Of a DNA stretch of 64,000 bases, positions 60,122-64,000 are shown in pieces. The stretch is from a virus (lineage: Duplodnaviria > Caudoviricetes), in the IMG/VR virus record IMGVR_UViG_3300046171_000271; one strand, given 5' to 3'. The first letter of the stretch is position 1. The number at the start of each line of letters is the position of its first letter. The notes beneath the pieces were generated by a model. It searched no databases. It was not told the origin of the DNA and saw nothing but the letters and a program-made list of their open reading frames with translations. Both the position numbers and the translations under genes were made by a program.

Positions 60122-62209
60122 ATGCCAGTCTTACAAGAGATCAAGTCACAACTCGCTAAACTTCTTGCCACTGAGGACTTGGTGGTTGAGCATCGTAAGG
60201 TTTCCACAGCTCAGTTCAATGTTCATAGTCGTATACTAACTCTTCCGATGTGGGAGAGTGCAAGCAATGTTGTTTATGATTTACTTGTAGGACACGAAGT
60301 TGGACATGCTCTCTATACTCCTGATGAAGATCTCCCGAAAGGTATTCCTCATTCTTTCGTTAATATTGTTGAAGATGCTCGTATTGAGAAGTTGATGAAG
60401 CGCAAATATCCTGGAATGAGTAAAACATTCTTTAAAGGATATAACCAGATGAGTGATGATGACTTCTTCAAAATCGCTGATGAAGATCTTAATGAATTCA
60501 ACCTTGCTGATCGTGCAAATTTATATTTTAAGATTGGCAATTTTGTAGATATTCAATTCTCTGATGAAGAGATGTCAATTGTTCGTATGATCGGAGATTG
60601 TGAGAATTTTGAAGATGTTATTAAGGTAGCAGAAGTGCTTTATAAGTATTGTAAGAAAGAAGTTAATAATGAAAAAGAAGATATTGAAGTACCTAAGTCT
60701 CAGGAGCAATCTTCTCAGGATCAGGTGGAACAAGAAAGCGAGGAGTCAAAACCTCAAGGAATTATTGAAGATGAATCTGAGAATAGTGAGGACGATGGTG
60801 AACCGGAGAATGAACCGGAGATTGAAACTGTAGATTCCCTTTCTGACAGTATTGAGCAACTAGCGCAAACTGATGGTATTGAAACTGTTTACGTGGAAGT
60901 TCCTAAAGTTAATCTTGATACAATTATTGTATCTAATCAACTTGTTCATGAATATATTGATGCTAAGTTTAATCATCAACAGAACATTTCTGATGAAATG
61001 AATTACAAAATTTTTGATCAACCTGACAAAGATTTTATTCAGTTCAAGCGTTCTGCACAGAAAGAAGTTAATTATCTTGTAAAAGAGTTTGAGTGTAAAA
61101 AAGCTGCAGACTCTTATGCCCGTGCCACCACTGCTCGTACTGGTGTTCTTGATTGTGCCAAACTTCATACCTACAAGTATAATGATGATTTATTCCGCAA
61201 AGTAACAACTCTTGCTGATGGTAAAAGTCATGGATTAGTGTTTATGCTTGATTGGAGTGGTTCTATGCAGTACACCCTGATGGACACTTGTAAGCAGATG
61301 TTCAATTTATTGTGGTTCTGTAAGAAAGTTGGCATTCCTTTTGATGTATACGCTTTTACTAGTGAGTGGGGCACTCATCGTGATGATGATTTTCCTCATC
61401 AACTGGTAGATCATTATGAGAGGAAGGAGAATATTCTTGCAATTGATAATGAATTCAATCTTCTCAATATCCTTTCTAGTAAAACATCAACTAAAGAATT
61501 GGAAAGGCAGATGATTAACGTCTGGAGACATGCTTATGCTTTCTGTAGAATTTATAATTGTTCATACTCTTGGGGTAGAAAAATGTCTCTTTCAGGCACT
61601 CCTCTGAATGAATCTCTGGTTTGCTTACATCAGATTCTTCCTAAGTTTCAACGAGAAAACAAACTTCAAAAAGTTCAGTGTATTGTTCTAACTGATGGCG
61701 AAGCTTGTCCACTAAATCATCATAAACTGATCAAGAGATATTGGGAAAATAATACAGAGTTTCTTGGAACCGCACGTCATGATCAGTGGAAGACTATCCT
61801 TCGTGATAGGAAAACAGGTAATATGTACAAATTTGAATCTGCAAATTATAATGGATTCACTGATGTCATGCTAAAGAATCTAAAAGATAATTTTCCTGAA
61901 GTAAACTTTATGGGTATTCGTTTACTTGCTCCTCGCGACTCTACTAATTTTCTTAGACTTTACTATGATCATGGTGCCGAACTTACTAAACTTCAGAATG
62001 AGTGGAAGAAAGAAAAGAGTTTTGTGATTCGTGAGTCAGGATATGATGCATACTTTGGACTCTCATGTTCTGCTCTCGCTCAAGATGTTGAGTTCGATGT
62101 TGATGAAGGTGCATCAAAGGCAAAAATTAAGTCAGCATTTGCTAAGAGTTTGAAGACTAAAAAACTAAATAAGAAAGTTCTTGGAGAATTTATTTCTTTG
62201 GTGGCATGA
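60122..62209 (+). CDS. HEXXH metallopeptidase-like plus VWA (MIDAS) protein, CobT-like partner of CobS
   Basis: HEVGH...IVEDARIE; DWSGS and VLTDGE MIDAS motifs; SD AGGAG upstream. Confidence 0.85.
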   Translation: MPVLQEIKSQLAKLLATEDLVVEHRKVSTAQFNVHSRILTLPMWESASNVVYDLLVGHEVGHALYTPDEDLPKGIPHSFVNIVEDARIEKLMKRKYPGMSKTFFKGYNQMSDDDFFKIADEDLNEFNLADRANLYFKIGNFVDIQFSDEEMSIVRMIGDCENFEDVIKVAEVLYKYCKKEVNNEKEDIEVPKSQEQSSQDQVEQESEESKPQGIIEDESENSEDDGEPENEPEIETVDSLSDSIEQLAQTDGIETVYVEVPKVNLDTIIVSNQLVHEYIDAKFNHQQNISDEMNYKIFDQPDKDFIQFKRSAQKEVNYLVKEFECKKAADSYARATTARTGVLDCAKLHTYKYNDDLFRKVTTLADGKSHGLVFMLDWSGSMQYTLMDTCKQMFNLLWFCKKVGIPFDVYAFTSEWGTHRDDDFPHQLVDHYERKENILAIDNEFNLLNILSSKTSTKELERQMINVWRHAYAFCRIYNCSYSWGRKMSLSGTPLNESLVCLHQILPKFQRENKLQKVQCIVLTDGEACPLNHHKLIKRYWENNTEFLGTARHDQWKTILRDRKTGNMYKFESANYNGFTDVMLKNLKDNFPEVNFMGIRLLAPRDSTNFLRLYYDHGAELTKLQNEWKKEKSFVIRESGYDAYFGLSCSALAQDVEFDVDEGASKAKIKSAFAKSLKTKKLNKKVLGEFISLVA

Positions 62210-62385
62210 AATTATTCCCTCTATTATTTTTATTAGCAACTCCTGTATTTGCTTTATCAGAGGGTGGTTTTCATCCAGAACCATGCCCCACACAATTGAA
62301 TTCTCAAGTCGTTGTTCCAATTACAATCAAATCAAATGAGCACCAGTATGAATTGGAAAGAAATAGCACTTCAGATGGAAACTAA
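62206..62385 (+). CDS. 59-aa protein with a signal-peptide-like N terminus
   Basis: Read manually: MKLFPLLFLLATPVFA...; ATGA overlap with the upstream stop. Confidence 0.5.
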   Translation: MKLFPLLFLLATPVFALSEGGFHPEPCPTQLNSQVVVPITIKSNEHQYELERNSTSDGN

Positions 62386-62485
62386 TTCAAAGGTTCGTAA
62401 GGTTCTTCTAGAAGGCCCAAAGAGTCTCTCAGAATCTTGGATTTTAATGGCAATGCAGTTCAAGTATAGACGATTTGAAAAGTGA
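62348..62485 (+). CDS. 45-aa hypothetical protein
   Basis: Read manually: MNWKEIALQMETNSKVRKVLLEGPKSLSESW... Confidence 0.6.
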   Translation: MNWKEIALQMETNSKVRKVLLEGPKSLSESWILMAMQFKYRRFEK

Positions 62486-62490
62486 ACACT

Positions 62491-62513
62491 GGGGGGTTAC
62501 ACCCCCCTTTTTT
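62491..62513 (+). terminator. Rho-independent terminator immediately upstream of a TATAAT box
   Basis: GGGGGG-TTACA-CCCCCC followed by a T run; TATAAT at 62519-24. Confidence 0.75.
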
Positions 62514-62547
62514 GTTTGTATAATAAGCAGGTAAACGACAAAAGCAC

Positions 62548-63648
62548 ATGGCACTGTCCCCTGAGTACATCCGCACCTCACTTCAAGAACTGTATGGCAC
62601 AGAGCTCACTGCTGCCGATATTCGCGCCTGGTGTGCTATGAACGGTGTAAACTATCAAACTGTTACCAATAAACTGACTGATTATAAAGTGGGACGTGGC
62701 AAGTGGAATCTGGAAGTAACTAAAGAGACTGTAGAGGATCTAGAAGTAACATATAATTCTCCTGCAGCTATGCCTGCAGTTGAACAAAATCTTATTCCTT
62801 TGAAAGATGATTCCTTCGTCCAGTTTGGTAACTTTGGTGATATTAAAAAAATTATTAAGTCCGGTATTTTTTATCCGACGTTCATTACAGGACTCTCCGG
62901 TAATGGAAAGACTTTTTCGGTTGAGCAAGCGTGTGCCCAACTCGGCCGAGAACTTATCAGAGTAAACATCACAATCGAAACAGATGAAGATGATCTTATC
63001 GGCGGTTTTCGCCTTGTTGATGGTAACACCGTCTGGCACAATGGCCCAGTCATCGAAGCACTCGAAAGAGGTGCTGTATTGCTCCTTGACGAACTCGATC
63101 TCGCTTCTAACAAAATTCTCTGTCTCCAAAGTATCCTTGAAGGGAAAGGAGTTTTCCTTAAGAAAATCGGACGGCGAGTTGATCCTGCAAGTGGATTCAA
63201 CGTCATCGCCACAGCCAACACTAAGGGTAAAGGTTCAGACGACGGACGATTCATTGGAACTAATGTGCTCAACGAAGCATTCCTAGAGCGTTTCCCTGTT
63301 ACTTTAGAGCAGGAATATCCTACTGCTGCTACTGAGACAAAGATTCTCACTAAACTTTGCTCTGATGAAACCTTCTGTAAGCGTCTTGCTGACTGGGCAG
63401 ATATCATTCGCAAGACATTCTATGATGGGGGTATTGAAGAGATCATTAGCACTCGCCGTCTGGTTCACATCGTTCATGCATTTAATATCTTTAGCGATAA
63501 GGCAAAAGCAATTGAGGTTTGTGTAAATCGTTTTGATGATGAAACTAAGCAGGCCTTCCTAGAACTGTATGATAAGGTTGATGCTGATTTCCAGATGCCT
63601 GGGGATGAGGATCAAAAGCAAGCACTTGACTCGCACAACTTCTCTTGA
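62548..63648 (+). CDS. cobS: CobS-like (MoxR-family) AAA+ ATPase
   Basis: Walker A GLSGNGKT, ETDEDDLIGGFRL, Walker B LLLDELD, ATANTKG, NEAFLERF. Confidence 0.92.
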   Translation: MALSPEYIRTSLQELYGTELTAADIRAWCAMNGVNYQTVTNKLTDYKVGRGKWNLEVTKETVEDLEVTYNSPAAMPAVEQNLIPLKDDSFVQFGNFGDIKKIIKSGIFYPTFITGLSGNGKTFSVEQACAQLGRELIRVNITIETDEDDLIGGFRLVDGNTVWHNGPVIEALERGAVLLLDELDLASNKILCLQSILEGKGVFLKKIGRRVDPASGFNVIATANTKGKGSDDGRFIGTNVLNEAFLERFPVTLEQEYPTAATETKILTKLCSDETFCKRLADWADIIRKTFYDGGIEEIISTRRLVHIVHAFNIFSDKAKAIEVCVNRFDDETKQAFLELYDKVDADFQMPGDEDQKQALDSHNFS

Positions 63649-63654
63649 TAAAAT
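63626..63654 (+). promoter_or_regulatory. sigma70-type promoter in the 3' end of cobS
   Basis: TTGACT-17 nt-TAAAAT with extended TG; implies the next gene starts at a downstream ATG (63686 or 63692). Confidence 0.6.
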
Positions 63655-64000
63655 GACTAATGCTTGGAGTTTACTTTACGATGTTATGTCTATGAGAGCA
63701 GATGATTACTCTACAAATGAAGATAGAATTATTGGTACAGAAGATGAAGATGAAATCAATCTAGGGATTCATTCAATATCTGAATGGAACTCCATTGATG
63801 ATTCATCAATGGAGTTCAGTATCAATGTCCCCGATCTTCCAGAAACTCCAGATAATAATAATGGACGCTGGAAGTATAATGAAGATGTTATCTTGAAGGA
63901 CATCCACGAGTATGTTAGTGGCACCTATCGTAGTCACTACACAGGAAAATCTAGCGGATTTAAAGATATTCAGACTATTGATTTGATGGCAGCTAAAGGA
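63653..64000 (+). CDS. Partial hypothetical protein (DUF3310-like), runs off the window
   Basis: Open frame to the window end; WKYNEDVILKDIHEYVSGTYRSHY...IQTIDLM. Confidence 0.65.
   Translation, partial: MTNAWSLLYDVMSMRADDYSTNEDRIIGTEDEDEINLGIHSISEWNSIDDSSMEFSINVPDLPETPDNNNGRWKYNEDVILKDIHEYVSGTYRSHYTGKSSGFKDIQTIDLMAAKG

Noticed and set aside
62548-63648. Cobalamin-biosynthesis auxiliary metabolic gene
   Set aside because: Only a generic MoxR-like AAA+ domain is evident, and no CobN or other pathway genes are in the window
1-64000. tRNA or other recognisable structured RNA genes
   Set aside because: Intergenic gaps are mostly under 110 nt, and I saw no cloverleaf or T-loop signature; tRNAscan-SE/Infernal were not run

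Overview
A 64 kb segment of a T4-like cyanomyovirus genome (Kyanoviridae-type, probably a marine Prochlorococcus/Synechococcus phage). All real genes are on the + strand. From left to right: baseplate (gp7-like, gp8, VrlC-like giant), neck and tail completion (gp13, gp14, gp15) and gp16. A 22 kb hyperplastic region follows between gp16 and gp17, holding a chain of fibre/adhesin genes (including an intact 3745-aa repeat fibre and a 580-aa paralogue) and putative capsid-internal proteins. Then come gp17-gp23, gp3, uvsY, uvsW, gp55, gp47, gp46, a HEXXH/VWA protein and the CobS-like AAA+ ATPase. Seven essential genes carry single-base indels that look like sequencing errors. The most interesting inferences are: (1) a repeated plug-and-socket motif pattern linking successive fibre genes, suggesting a branched fibre assembly chain; (2) a basic, Cys-paired polyprotein punctuated by prohead-protease-like sites, next to a gene with a T4-style capsid-targeting sequence; (3) a canonical NtcA-type promoter in front of a small twin-Cys gene; (4) a bidirectional sigma70 promoter with a shared -35 box that drives gp55 and points antisense into the late region. 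No tRNA, CRISPR array, intron or mobile element was seen. All family assignments come from motif recognition, not database searches.
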